Assembly: GCA_951406725.2 (NCBI GenBank)
Contig: OX597819.1
Span: forward strand, 129,642,001-129,706,000
DNA from: Octopus vulgaris
Lineage: Eukaryota
Direction: 5' to 3'
Length of the DNA: 64,000 nt
Each line of letters opens with the position of its first letter. Within the stretch, counting starts at the first letter, position 1. The position numbers and the translations under genes are program-made. The notes beneath the pieces were generated by a model. The model was not told where the DNA came from. It saw only the letters and a list, made by a program, of their open reading frames with translations, and ran no database searches. Positions 22,325-36,635 of this stretch are shown piece after piece.

Positions 22325-25300
22325 AAGGCGGCGAGCTGGCAGAAACGTTAGCACGCCGGGCGAAATGCTTAGCGGTATTTCGTTTGCCGCTACGTTCTGA
22401 GTTCAAATTCCGCCGAGGTCGACTTTGCCTTTCATCCTTTCGGGGTCGATTAAATAAGTACCAGTTACGCACTGGAGTCGATGTAATCGACTTAATCAGT
22501 TTATCTGTCCTTGTTTGTCTCCTCTGTGTTTAGCCCCTTGTGGGTAGTAAAGAAATAGGTATTTCGTCTGCCGTTACGTTCTGAGTTCAAATTCCGCCGA
22601 GGTCGACTTTGCCTTTCATCCTTTCGGGGTCGATTAAATAAGTACCAGTTACGCACTGGAGTCGATGTAATCGACTTAATCCGTTTGTCTGTCCTTGTTT
22701 GTCTCCTCTGTGTTTAGCCCCTTGTGGGTAGTAAAGAAATAGGTATTTCGTCTGCCGTTACGTTCTGAGTTCAAATTCCGCCGAGGTCAACTTTGCCTTT
22801 CATCCTTTCGGGGTCGATTAAATAAGTACCAGTTACGCACTGGAGTCGATGTAATCGACTTAATCAGTTTATCTGTCCTTGTTTGTCTCCTCTGTGTTTA
22901 GCCCCTTGTGGGTAGTAAAGAAATAGGTATTTCGTCTGCCGTTACGTTCTGAGTTCAAATTCCGCCGAGGTCGACTTTGCCTTACATCCTTTCGGGGTCG
23001 ATTAAATAAGTACCAGTTACGCACTGGAGTCGATGTAATCGACTTAATCCGTTTGTCTGTCCTTGTTTGTCTCCTCTGTGTTTAGCCCCTTGTGGGTAGT
23101 AAAGAAATAGGTATTTCGTCCGCCGTTACGTTCTGAGTTCAAATTCCGCCGAGGTCGACTTTGCCTTTCATCCTTTCGGGGTCGATTAAATAAGTACCAG
23201 TTACGTACTGGAGTCGATGTAATCGACTTAATCAGTTTATCTGTCCTTGTTTGTCTCCTCTGTGTTTAGCCCCTTGTGGGTAGTAAAGAAATAGGTATTT
23301 CGTCTGCCGTTACGTTCTGAGTTCAAATTCCGCCGAGGTCAACTTTGCCTTTCATCCTTTCGGGGTCGATTAAATAAGTACCAGTTACGCACTGGAGTCG
23401 ATGTAATCGACTTAATCAGTTTATCTGTCCTTGTTTGTCTCCTCTGTGTTTAGCCCCTTGTGGGTAGTAAAGAAATAGGTATTTCGTCTGCCGTTACGTT
23501 CTGAGTTCAAATTCCGCCGAGGTCGACTTTGCCTTTCATCCTTTCGGGGTCGATTAAATAAGTACCAGTTACGCACTGGAGTCGATGTAATCGACTTAAT
23601 CCGTTTGTCTGTCCTTGTTTGTCTCCTCTGTGTTTAGCCCCTTGTGGGTAGTAAAGAAATAGGTATTTCGTCCGCCGTTACGTTCTGAGTTCAAATTCCG
23701 CCGAGGTCGACTTTGCCTTTCATCCTTTCGGGGTCGATTAAATAAGTACCAGTTACGCACTGGAGTCGATGTAATCGACTTAATCCGTTTGTCTGTCCTT
23801 GTTTGTCTCCTCTGTGTTTAGCCCCTTGTGGGTAGTAAAGAAATAGGTATTTCGTCTGCCGTTACGTTCTGAGTTCAAATTCCGCCGAGGTCAACTTTGC
23901 CTTTCATCCTTTCGGGGTTGATTAAATAAGTACCAGTTACGCACTGGAGTCGATGTAATCGACTTAATCAGTTTATCTGTCCTTGTTTGTCTCCTCTGTG
24001 TTTAGCCCCTTGTGGGTAGTAAAGAAATAGGTATTTCGTCTGCCGTTACGTTCTGAGTTCAAATTCCGCCGAGGTCGACTTTGCCTTACATCCTTTCGGG
24101 GTCGATTAAATAAGTACCAGTTACGCACTGGAGTCGATGTAATCGACTTAATCCGTTTGTCTGTCCTTGTTTGTCTCCTCTGTGTTTAGCCCCTTGTGGG
24201 TAGTAAAGAAATAGGTATTTCGTCCGCCGTTACGTTCTGAGTTCAAATTCCGCCGAGGTCGACTTTGCCTTTCATCCTTTCGGGGTCGATTAAATAAGTA
24301 CCAGTTACGTACTGGAGTCGATGTAATCGACTTAATCAGTTTATCTGTCCTTGTTTGTCTCCTCTGTGTTTAGCCCCTTGTGGGTAGTAAAGAAATAGGT
24401 ATTTCGTCTGCCGTTACGTTCTGAGTTCAAATTCCGCCGAGGTCAACTTTGCCTTTCATCCTTTCGGGGTCGATTAAATAAGTACCAGTTACGCACTGGA
24501 GTCGATGTAATCGACTTAATCAGTTTATCTGTCCTTGTTTGTCTCCTCTGTGTTTAGCCCCTTGTGGGTAGTAAAGAAATAGGTATTTCGTCTGCCGTTA
24601 CGTTCTGAGTTCAAATTCCGCCGAGGTCGACTTTGCCTTTCATCCTTTCGGGGTCGATTAAATAAGTACCAGTTACGCACTGGAGTCGATGTAATCGACT
24701 TAATCCGTTTGTCTGTCCTTGTTTGTCTCCTCTGTGTTTAGCCCCTTGTGGGTAGTAAAGAAATAGGTATTTCGTCCGCCGTTACGTTCTGAGTTCAAAT
24801 TCCGCCGAGGTCGACTTTGCCTTTCATCCTTTCGGGGTCGATTAATTAAGTACCAGTTAGGCACTGGGGTCGATGTAATCGACTTAATCCGTTTGTCTGT
24901 CCTTGTTTGTCCCATCTGTGTTTAGCCCCTTGTGGGTAGTAAAGAAATAGGTATTTCGTCTGCCGTTACGTTCTGAGTTCAAATTCCGCCGAGGTCGACT
25001 TTGCCTTTCATCCTTTCGGGGTCGATTAATTAAGTACCAGTTACGCACTGGGGTCGATGTAATCGACTTAATCCGTTTGTCTGTCCTTGTTTGTCCCCTC
25101 TGTGTTTAGCCCCTTGTGGGTAGTAAAGAAATAGGTATTTCGTCTGCCGTTACGTTCTGAGTTCAAATTCCGCCGAGGTCGACTTTGCCTTTCATCCTTT
25201 CGGGGTCGATTAAATAAGTACCAGTTACGCACTGGGGTCGATGTAATCGACTTAATCAGTTTATCTGTCCTTGTTTGTCTCCTCTGTGTTTAGCCCCTTG

Positions 25301-25501
25301 TGGGTAGTAAAGAAATAGGTATTTCGTCTGCCGTTACGTTCTGAGTTCAAATTCCGCCGAGGTCGACTTTGCCTTTCATCCTTTCGGGGTCGATTAATTA
25401 AGTACCAGTTACGCACTGGGGTCGATGTAATCGACTTAATCCGTTTGTCTGTCCTTGTTTGTCCCGTCTGTGTTTAGCCCCTTGTGGGTAGTAAAGAAAT
25501 A
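22325..25501 (+). repeat. SINE family B-derived tandem array, 17 x 184 bp
   Basis: Units start at 22374 + n*184 (last at 25318); only the first carries the 5' head; flanked by atacataatcccc(c)aa on both sides. Confidence 0.95.
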
Positions 25502-27844
25502 TATACATAATCCCCAATGATCCAGTCCACCCAAATATGAATTAGGCATCATAATGAGAAAGTATTGCTTACAAATGTTACCGACAGAAACCACTGCCTA
25601 TATCACAGATGGCTGTTTCGTTAGCGTTCCGTAGCGAGTTCAAGTATGTTTTATAGTATATTCTTCCCCAGAGATCTTAAATAAACGGCATTTCCAAATG
25701 TTCCACCACTTCTCTGCATCTTCAAGCATTCACCGATTTATCCATCAAAGTAATTCATGTTCGGATCAATCGAGTATTCTTTTAATTTGCCCGAACGCTC
25801 AAAGGGACACTGGTCTCCTTTCCTATTCCTTTATTCATTTAATTGTTATGTCGAGGGTTTTTGTCGAATTCACCGATATCAGTTCCTTTTTAATTATTTT
25901 AATGACTCCAGGAAGGATAAAAGCAAAAGCCGACCGGTGATAGGAAATCAGACGGTAAAGAGATATAGATCTTTTATCCGAAAATCCAAACGATTCTCGA
26001 TTCCGCTAATCCACGTCAGTTTACATTTTTGTTTTACAAATGTTATTTCAGGATTTCCTTATTTCTTCAGTTTCGACATTCTCTTCCATTTCAATAAGAA
26101 GTAGTCAAAAACGTAAAGGAAGCGAACCAGCAGAATCGTTACAGCGTCGGATAGTATAATATGATTTACGCTATCTCTTCCGTTTTACTGCGGCTTGAGT
26201 TCAAACCTCAGTGGAGACAATTGAAGTTTACTGTGAGACAACACCCTATAATTCTCTCTCACTCATTCGATCTCTCTCAGCAATTACTACTAACAATGAA
26301 GAGAACCAAACTCCGCATGCTTTTGGATGTATCAACGTGCCCGTCGAGCCAAAGTATTGGATCTTTTCGCTTTGACCGGCAGATTTTTAAAATAATTTCT
26401 TTGTAACTAAAAAATTTTAAACTTCGTATACTGGTAGAATGTGTTTATAGAACATCTTTTTCTCTTGGCTTTCTTGAGAATATTCTGTAGTTTGTAAGAT
26501 ATTTGTTGGTTATTTTCTTGCATTTCGGCAATTTCAACCAATCAATGACGTCTGTTGAGGTGAAAACGATTTCTGCCGTAGTGTGTCAACAACATTTTCT
26601 GGCGATGTCATATGAAAATGTCCCCGTTATTTATGACATATTTCATATCAGTTCTATCCTATCAGGGTACCCCCCCCCCAAAAAAAAACCCCTAATCTTT
26701 TCAGTCAGTACTGGGAGCGATTGTTTATTCATTTGTTTCTTTCTGCCCGCCTTTCTCTCAAAAACAGAAGCAGAAATCGGCAAACCAGCTGTGATCAGAT
26801 CTGGAGAAGGAAAGACTTCCGTAAGGTTTAAATGTTGACTGCATATCCGTATTTAGCGGCGGTAACCCTAAAAACGCCGCCAGGAGTAGCGGGGACAAGA
26901 TACGTCCAAAACGCAAGAGAAATTAAACTAAACATCCAGTAGCTCCAAAATGTGTGTGTGTGTAATATAATATAATATACATGTATCTTTAATTTGTTTC
27001 AGTCACTGAACTGCGGCCATGCTGAAGAGTCTTAATTAAAAGGAATAGATCCCTGACTTATTTTTGATCCTCTTACTTATCCTATCAGGTGGTCCATTGC
27101 TGGGATTTAAGGATTTAAGCAACAACAGAAAAATTGTAATCTAAATTTTTAACCCCTTTCCCGCACTAAGCGAGTCCGCGCGCGCATGTGCGAATAGTGC
27201 TTATTCTATCGGTCTCTATGGCCGAATCGCTAAATTATGGGGACGTAACCACACCAACATCGGTTGTCAATCGGTGGGGGTGTGGACAAACACATAGATA
27301 TATACATGTATATATATGGCAGGGTTCTTTCAGTTTCCGTCTACTAAATCCACTTACAAAGTTTTGGCCAGCCCGAAGCTATAGCAGAAGACACTTGCCC
27401 AATGTGTTACGCCCTGGGACTGAACCCGAAGCAACGTGGTTGAGAAACAAGTTTCTTTTTCACACATTACACGCCTGTCGGTTGACATTCTTGTTTTAGT
27501 TTCTCACTTAAAGTCACAAAACAAATATATTATGGTCCGAATGGTATTCCTTAGTTTCTAATTGTGTCTTCAATATTCTGGCGTCATTTACGAGCAAATG
27601 ACACCGCGTGTTTCTCTTTAACTCGTTGCAATGTTTGTTTGAAAACACAACGAATCAGAGCGAAAGTGGGAGGCAATCCGAACAGTAGGACTCGTTGACA
27701 GCCATAAGGTTCTGTAGCTTTTTCTTTCATTCGTTTACGTGCAATAGTAACCACGCCACCTCTACCCCGCTCTATCTCGCACATCTCCTCTCCCTCTTCC
27801 TCGGTGTGTGTGTGTACGTGTGTAGGTGTATGCATGTATGTATT

Positions 27845-27881
<37 letters not shown>

Positions 27882-28007
27882 AAAATAAGCAACAAGTATA
27901 TCCGAGGTAATGTGGTACAATCGTTTCATGCTACTTCATTTTATTAAACACTGAATCTAAATTTTGCTGAACTTATATATATATATATATATATATGTGT
28001 ATATATA

Positions 28008-28060
<53 letters not shown>

Positions 28061-28114
28061 ATGTTTATATGTATCTATCCAGTTAGCTCTCTCTCTCTCT
28101 CTCTCCCTCTCCCC

Positions 28115-28156
<42 letters not shown>

Positions 28157-29774
28157 GTAGCGAATCCTGCAAGCATGAAGTGGATTCGATCCACCATAGC
28201 CAAATTTAAATCAACACTGCTACAGAACTTTCCCCACGATGAAACAATGGTTTTTCTCTGAAAGCAGTTATTACATTTTCCAGATGCCATTAGCTAGGCC
28301 GAAATAATGTCTTCACCAACTTGACCCTTTCTAACCTCTTCTACTTCACCAAAAGCTAGAATAGATAACAAGACCACCAACTAAATCTATTGTTCTCAAC
28401 GATAAGTCTATCCTTCTGGATCTTTATATAAGCAAGCACATCCCAAGCAAAAATCAGTTAGTCACCGGCCGGTGACGACTCAAGGAGAACGTAGTCTGGC
28501 TGACCAGCTACAATCTTGGCCAGAGGGAGAAATGAAGTTCACTGGGAGACAACACCCTACAATTCTCTCTAGCTCTAATTCTGTCCCTTACAACATCATT
28601 CTATCTCTCTCAGCAATAACTACTAACAATGAAGAGAACCAAACTCCGCATGCTTTTGGATGTATCAAGCTGTCCGTCGAGGCAAGGTATATATAATGTG
28701 ACGGTAAATAAATTACTTTCTTAAAACTTTGTGCACTTTGATCTTTCACATCTTATAGGATGCAATCATGACAACTAACTTTTTATCGTTGCATCTGCTG
28801 ACTTCAACATCAACATGCTATTGCAACACACACACACATTCATCCCCGTAGGGATGAATGGCAATAGTATATTGATCAACACACGCGCACACACACACAG
28901 GGTACCGAGTAATAAATTTGATCACACTAGACAAATTAACACGTGACTGCTGACGTGGAAGCCTAACAGTAGCAGTGAAGCGAACAAAAATTCGACTGCT
29001 ATATAAGAACCAAATCTAGTTTATGAAGATGAGACTGTAATAACCTGATCATGTTGATATTATGAACTTGAGAACTTTATTGTTCCAAGTATGTTGCGAA
29101 AAACTCATAAAGAAAATTTGGTAATAGGAAAGATAAAACTGGAACATAGTCGTGTTTTTAATGAAACACACACCTGTAAAGTAAACCTAACTATACGCAT
29201 TTTATATCACAGATGTGCGGGGAGAAAAAGTGTAAGAGTTTCCTGACAAACCATTTTCTAGTTGTTGACCACCCCTCAGAGAAAACCAGCCCACTTTCCT
29301 TCTCCAATCAAAACCATAGGATTGTTGTTTATAAAGCACTCATAAATTAGGCTAGCATCGTAATAGACAGCCTAATTTGCATATTTGTGATTTTGACGCT
29401 TTGATATGAATGTAAAGTAAACATTAGCTATTTAAGCACAGCACTACGTTAATACAAAGAACTGAAATAATTTTAAATATTATAATCCCTCACTATGGGT
29501 TAGATATGAATGTGAATACATTCTTTCTTCATTACTGATGTGCGGGAAAAAGGAGTGAGTTTTCTGACAGGCCGTTTCACAGTTTATCATGGTGCTGGTC
29601 TAATTCATAGACTGCTTTGTAAGCAGCTGATCTTTGTAACTGATTAGTGGAGGAAACCGGGTAGGCTTTTCTAAGGAGCAGTCAACAAACCATAAAACGG
29701 TCTGTCAGGAAACTCGTTCCATCTCTTTTCCCTACATCATGCGTATAATATATCTGTGTAGTTAACTGAAGCGA

Positions 29775-30030
29775 GGGCGGGTGACCGAGTGGTTAAGGTG
29801 TTACACTCTCAACCGCCAGATCATGGTTTTGATGCCAGAACCGAGTGGCGCTTTTTCTGTTCTTGCACGTTGCCCAGCGACATCAGATGTGTGGCACACT
29901 GTGCCCCTATGTCGATTTGATAAAGGGATTTAGCACAAACATTTGATCACTATAATCAAAACATTCGTGCGGCTTGTTCAGCAAGAAATTGCGGAATTCT
30001 TATCTGTTGTCTACGACAGGAGAGTCCATC
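29775..30030 (+). mobile_element. Old tRNA-derived SINE
   Basis: A-box-like tgaccgagtggttaagg and a degenerate B box; diverged, end approximate. Confidence 0.45.
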
Positions 30031-31644
30031 AGTTAATCAAATCATATTAAATACATTTATACGTGACAAAGTAGAGATTTCAACACACAAAATAGAGAAT
30101 ATATAATTCTTTTCATCAAGAAACATATTAAAAAATTCTGGACCAAACTGTTTTCATTTATATGGAATCTTCTGCAGTTAGACGTCGAAAATTGAAGCTT
30201 GTCCGTAAAATTATTCAGCAGAAAAGAAATTTGACTTGAAGCAGATTTGACATAAAAATCCCTGTAGAGTTTGAAGATATAAAAATATATACAGAAAAGC
30301 GTCATTTGGAGAACTATTATCTCATATATATATATTTATATATATATATATATATATTCTACAAATATTTGTTAGAAATACATTGATATACAGTAGTTAC
30401 TTTTAGAATCGTTTGAACATAAAGTTTCATAGGAACTCTATACATTTTTGGTCACATAAATATTGTTCTCTTTGTGCTAACTCGGTATATTTTATAATAT
30501 GAAACTCGTACACACTTACATACTCAAAACTCGCACACACGCGTTCACACATCATACGCATACACGCTCTTCTTTCATTTTCTCTTTCTCACAGATACAC
30601 TGCGGCAACAACTCTGATTGGTAGAATCGCTAGAGTGTCAGGAAAATGTCAAAAATGCCCCAAATCCCCCAAATACCTTGTTTAAATGTAGCCGCGGACA
30701 ACTTTGCCATTCATCCCTATGGGGTCAATAAGATAAAGTGTCAGCCAAGTGGTAGGGTCCGGGTAATAGACTGAGCCCTTCTCCTCAAATTTGTTGGTTT
30801 TCTGATTTCCACGGTGAATTAGTGGACGAGATTTCAACATTCCCTCCGAACGAGATACAAGTCCGTTACAATGTTCAAGGACAGAAATGTTTGAGGGGAG
30901 GGAGCAAGACGTTTACAAAAATTCCAGTACTTGACAAGTACTTTATTATATCGATACCGGAGGGACAAAAGGTAAAGTTAACCTCGGCGAGATTTGAGTT
31001 CAGAGCATAAAGAACTGTAAGAGATGCCGCTCATTTAACAACATTTTGTCCTATGTACTAGCAATCAGTTCTGCAAAGTAGCCGCCTTAATTCCACCCTA
31101 CTGAAAAAAAAAAAAAAAAAAAAAAAGGGCTCATAATTTAATGAAGTCTGGAGGCTATAATAAAGAAAAATGATGCGGTGGTCACGGCTGTGGTAAGTTT
31201 GATCGTGGGTATTCTTGATCCGGGCCGAATTGGGATTAAACAACACCACCAGATTTTTGCCAATGTAGAGTACAACTGTTTACAAATACTTGTCGAGCCC
31301 CCACCTCGGAAGATTTTATGCAGTCACTCGACCTGAGAGTAATAACAGTCAAATATCCTTCAAAACACACCTTACAACATATCAAATAGTATAATCCTAG
31401 ATTTACTGTGCTTGGTGGTGGTGGTGGTGGTGGTGAGGGGGGGAAGATGGAATGATTTTGATTAGTACTTGACACCAGCACCACCAGCACCAGCACCACC
31501 AGCACCAGCACCACCAGCACCACCACCACCACCACCACCATCATAACTCTCTACCTATCACCATTATCATCGGCACTTTCCACCGCCTCTACTACTCCTC
31601 CTTGATAATGACTATCATCATCTTCAATATCAAGATAATCGCGA

Positions 31645-31646
<2 letters not shown>

Positions 31647-31722
<76 letters not shown>

Positions 31723-32165
31723 TAATAATAATAATGAAATTATTGTATACAGTGCTCAGGTGCACCACAACTTGTCAAAAGTGCATATAAAGTATATGCA
31801 GTAATGTACAAATGTCTGGAAAGCGAACAGTGTATGAGTCAGATACATGCTTGTGTGTGTATGGAGGGGAGAAACTCAGGTGTAGTGTTGACGAATCTCA
31901 GGAAGCATGGAAGTTTTGAAGGATGCAGTGCTCCGACAACTAACAACTGATGCTGGCAGTTTGTTCCATACTTCAGCAACTCTCAGCGTGAAAAAATGTT
32001 TCCGAAAGTCAAGGAAGGAGCTGTGCTGTTTTCTGACTTTGTAAATATGTCCATGGGTGTTAGACAAATGGAGTTTGAAAAGGTGCTCAGAGTTATTGTT
32101 TGTAAGATGGTTAATAATTTTATGGGTGTCTGCCAAGTCAGCTGCCAGACGTCGGAGTTTCAATG
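31647..32165 (-). mobile_element. CR1-group LINE, 5'-truncated 3' end with (ATT)n tail
   Basis: RRLAADLADTHKII...THGHIYKV...RKHFFTLRVAEVWNKLPASVV...FK matches the CR1 ORF2 C-terminal pattern TRGHxxKL...RxxFFxxRVxxxWNxLP. Confidence 0.85.
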
Positions 32166-32566
32166 TAGAACGGTCGTGGCTGGAATACTTTTCATGAGGA
32201 ATACTTTTCTGATTTACTCGGTGTACGATTTAGGTTTGGAAATACTTCCAGATGGTTAAGTTTTTCAAAGCACTAAATACTTTATTTTTCTTTACTCTTC
32301 TTCCATGGATGCCTTTTGCACGAAGTTTATAACGCTACATAAAAAAAAACAAAAAAAAAAATGACAGAAATATGCGTAGATGGGGTGAGACAGCGTGCTG
32401 TGTGTGAGGAGAGAATGAGAGAGAGAGAGAGAAAGAGGGGAGAGAGAGAGAAAGAGGAGAGAGAGAAAGAGAGAGGGAGAAAGGGAGAGAGAGAGAGAAT
32501 GTGTGTGTGTGTGTATTATGTGTAGGGAGAGAGAGATGGAGAAGACAAAAAGAAAAAGGGTGATAT

Positions 32567-33460
32567 AGAGGGTGGGTAGAAAGTAACTAGGCATTTGAAA
32601 TTGTTTATAGAATTTTTAGTATCACTGAAGTTATGACGAAAGCATGTTTTAAAGGGACAACACTAATAGGGATTTTTTTATTGTCTTACTGTCTTATTTC
32701 TTATTTTCCGGATGACCGGTCGCTTGACTGTTCAGGAGTGAGCTAAGATAGCAGCACGCTATGAAGTGTGGAATTCCATTGTTTTGGTTCAGAGATGGTG
32801 GCGTGCATGGAAAGGTAAGCATGCAACACTACATCCGGAGACAACAAAAATAAAAAAGTTGCTATGCAAAGCTGATGACCACGGGGGGCTCTGTGAACGA
32901 TGCAAGAAGTGGGTGTCGGACCACCTCCCGATCAGCGGAGAACGTAGCAACAGAGCAGGATATGTTTAATCGCAGACTGAAAAAAATCAACGTCAAGCAG
33001 ATTGTGAAATTGGACTAACGAAACACACAGTACGCACGGTATTGCATAAAGAATTGAATTTTCGTTCGTGGAAACCCCGTTACGTACTGGAGCTAAAACT
33101 TGAAGACTGTAAGCGAAGAGGTCCAGAAATCCAGAATACTAAGAAGTCTAGATCTCACTCCATGGTATTTTTATTGTGGGGTTACACAAGACAAAGCCTC
33201 GTACTCTTGAGGACTTGGAGACACGGATTCAGGAGGTTCACAATGATATCCCAGACGACGTCCTTCAGAAGGTTGTTCATTCCATCCGTGGCCGTTTGAG
33301 GAAACTGGTTTACGCCTCCGTTGCTTATGTTGTAATATGAAGATTTACTTTCATTTTCCCATGTAATAAGGAACATGTTTCATTTGCTTCAATAAATTTA
33401 TAAAAGGAATATGGATTTTATTACCAATTTTTAATGCCTACTTACTTTTCATCCACCCTG
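32567..33460 (+). mobile_element. Decayed Tc1/mariner element
   Basis: Imperfect 28-bp TIRs gagggtgggtagaaagtaactaggcatt / aatgcctacttacttttcatccaccctg; internal remnants HKELNFRSWKPRYVLELKLED and SLDLTP...FLLWGY (SPDLTPxDFFLWG-like). Confidence 0.7.
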
Positions 33461-33482
33461 TGTGCGTGTACACACACAGCTA

Positions 33483-33544
<62 letters not shown>

Positions 33545-33546
33545 AA

Positions 33547-33602
<56 letters not shown>

Positions 33603-33608
33603 AATGCA

Positions 33609-33666
<58 letters not shown>

Positions 33667-33798
33667 CATACATTCATATAGACGCATTCCTATAGAAATT
33701 AATAGATGCAAGGAAAATATCTTTATCTTTTTTCATCTTTTAAAACACCTGCCAAACACCGCCTCTTCAGATTAAGTTTTATATTATACGCGTCTTAA

Positions 33799-34010
33799 AG
33801 TCGGCGAGCCACTAGAATAGTTAGCACGCCGGATAAAATACTTGGCGGCATTTCGTCCGTCTTTATATTCTGAGATTAAATGACACCGTGGTTGACTTTG
33901 CTTTTCATCCTTTCGAGGTCGATAAAATGCATACCAGTTGTACACGGGGGTCGATGTAATCGACGTACACCTCTCCTAAAACTACTGGCCGTGTACCAAC
34001 ATTTGTAATC
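33799..34010 (+). mobile_element. Older SINE family B copy
   Basis: Diverged match to the family B head and gactttgcttttcatcctttcgaggtcgataaa core. Confidence 0.7.
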
Positions 34011-34138
34011 ATATTACACATATCACATACATAATTTGTATGTGTGTGTGTATTATTTACACACACTTACAAATTATATAAACATATATAAACACACTTA
34101 CAAATCATATAAAAATATAAACATAAATTATATAATCA

Positions 34139-34303
34139 GGCGCAGGAGTGGCTGTGTGGTAAGTAGCTTGCTTACCAACCACATGGTTTCGGGTTCAGTC
34201 CCACTGCGTGGCACCCTGGGCAAGTGTCTTCTACTATAGCCTCGGGCCGACCAAAGCCTTGTGAGGGGATTTGGTAGACGGAAACTGAAAGAAGCCCGTC
34301 GTA

Positions 34304-34347
<44 letters not shown>

Positions 34348-34560
34348 CGTGTATGTTTGTGTGTCTGTGTTTGTCCCCCTAGCATTGCTTGACAACCGAT
34401 GCTGGTGTGTTTATTACTTAGCGGTTCGGCAAAAGAGACCGATAGAATAAGTACTGGGCTTACAAAGAATAAGTCCCGGGGTCGAGTTGCTCGATTAAAG
34501 GCGGTGCACCAGCATGGCCGCAGTCAAATGACTGAAACAAGTAAAAGAGAGAAAGAGAGA
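34139..34560 (+). mobile_element. SINE family A, full length
   Basis: Head, internal (TA)n and tail as at 14694. Confidence 0.9.
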
Positions 34561-34608
34561 GATAATCATGTTCATATTAAAGGACACAGATACATACACG
34601 TCTGTCTG

Positions 34609-34684
<76 letters not shown>

Positions 34685-35380
34685 ACCATCTATCCATCTA
34701 TCTATCGATCGATATATCTATCTATTCTGGTTTAATATATAACCAAGGAGAAAAAAGATCCAAGGCGAGCCAAAACAAAAACCAAGCAACGATTAAAAAT
34801 AAAACAGAATGTCTCCAGTTTAGGCAGCAGATTGAGACCAACCTAGTCCTGTGGATGGGGAACAGGGTTCGTCGAAGACTGCCATAAAAATTACCGAATA
34901 CGGCAAACACTCGAAGAAGGTGAGAGAGTACAACGGCCGGAATATTATGACTGTAATGCTCAAGATAAGGTACTTTAGTCCCAATATAATATACAGTAGA
35001 TTCAACATAACAATATTGAGGGCTTTTTTGCTTCATTGCAAACCACACTGTTTGAATCCATAATTACACACACACACACACACACGAATCATCATCATCT
35101 ATGCGATGAGAATGGATACCAAGCTATATTCAGTTATTTTCCAGGAAAAGTGACAAAGTAATGCAAAAACAAAGATCAAAGAATCAAAGAAAGCGAAGAT
35201 CCAGCTTCGTAATCGGCGCTCATGATGGGAAGTACAGACGGATGTTCAGGAAGGGTTCTTGTGTCCAAGCCATATTACAATAATTAAGCAATGACCCGAT
35301 CTTATGACATGGCCTGGCCCCTGACAAAAATAGTCCTTGCTGTGGAGTTGACGAGAGTTTGATAAGGCAGTATGGAAAAG

Positions 35381-35610
35381 GTGGCGAGCTGGCAGAAACG
35401 TTAGCGCGCCAGTGCGAAATGATTAGCGGTATTTTGTCTGCCGCTACGTTCCGAGTTCAAATTCCGCCGAGGTCGACTTTGCCTTTCATCCTCTCGGGGG
35501 CGATTAAATAAGTACCAGTTACGCACTGGAGTCGATGTAATCGACTTAATCCGTTTGTCTGTCCTTGTTTGTCCCCTCTATGTTTAGCCCCTTGTGGGCA
35601 GTAAAGAAAC
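35381..35610 (+). mobile_element. SINE family B monomer
   Basis: Head plus exactly one array unit; B box gagttcaaattcc. Confidence 0.9.
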
Positions 35611-35874
35611 AAGTATGGAGCGGGGACATGAGAACAAGTACCTAAAATAAAAGGAATTCTTGATAGCATGTACATTCTTCAGGCGATGGTGGCATGTATT
35701 GAGTCTGTAATGTCTATTGGACTTAAGAAAAATAAGTGGTTTATGAATTGTAAGATAAGCAGAGAAAGTATAATAATAGACACAGCACAAGCACAAGAGG
35801 AAAAAACCAGGGCTTAAAAATTAAATCCTCAGTAAATGTCGGTCCCAAATTTTGGCACGATGCCAGCAATTTTA

Positions 35875-36635
35875 CTTACTCACTGACTCGCTCGCTCACT
35901 CACTCACTCACTCACTCACTCACTCACTCACTCACTCACTCACTCACTCGTCACTCAGCTACTCACTCACTCCCTCACTCATTCACCCACTCGTCACTCA
36001 GCTACTCACTCACTCAACTACTCACTCACTCACTCACTCATTCATTCACTCACTCGTCACTCAACTACTCAATCACTCACTCGTCACTCAGCTACTCACT
36101 CACTCAACTACTCACTCACTCAACTACTCACTCACTCAACTACTCACTCACTCAACTACTCACTCACTCGTCACTCAGCCTCTCACTCACTCAACTACTC
36201 ACTCACTCAACTATTCACTCACTCAACTACTCACTCACTCACTCATTCACTCACTCGTCACTCAGCTACTCACTCACTCAACTACTCACTCACTCACTCA
36301 CTCACTCAACTACTCACTCATTCTCTCACTCACTCACCTACTCACTCACTCAGCTACTCACTCACTCACTCACTCATTCACTCACTCGTCACTCAGCTAC
36401 TCACTCACTCAACTACTCACTCACTCACTCACTCACTCAACTACTCACTCATTCTCTCACTCACTCATTCACTCACTCGTCACTCAGCTACTCACTCACT
36501 CAACTACTCACTCACTCACTCACTCACTCAACTACTCACTCATTCTCTCACTCACTCACTCACTCACTCACTCACTCATCACTCACCTACTCATTCACTC
36601 ACTCACTCACTCACTCACTCACTCACTCACTCACC
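35875..36635. repeat. Compound (CACT)n microsatellite
   Basis: Directly visible; explains the 387 aa LTHS ORF. Confidence 0.95.

Noticed and set aside
22374-25501. CRISPR-like regular array
   Set aside because: Units are near-identical along their full length with no unique spacers, no cas genes, and the DNA is eukaryotic.
34905-34950. Possible hammerhead remnant (ctcgaagaagg...ggccggaat)
   Set aside because: Both core segments and the helices are too degenerate to call.
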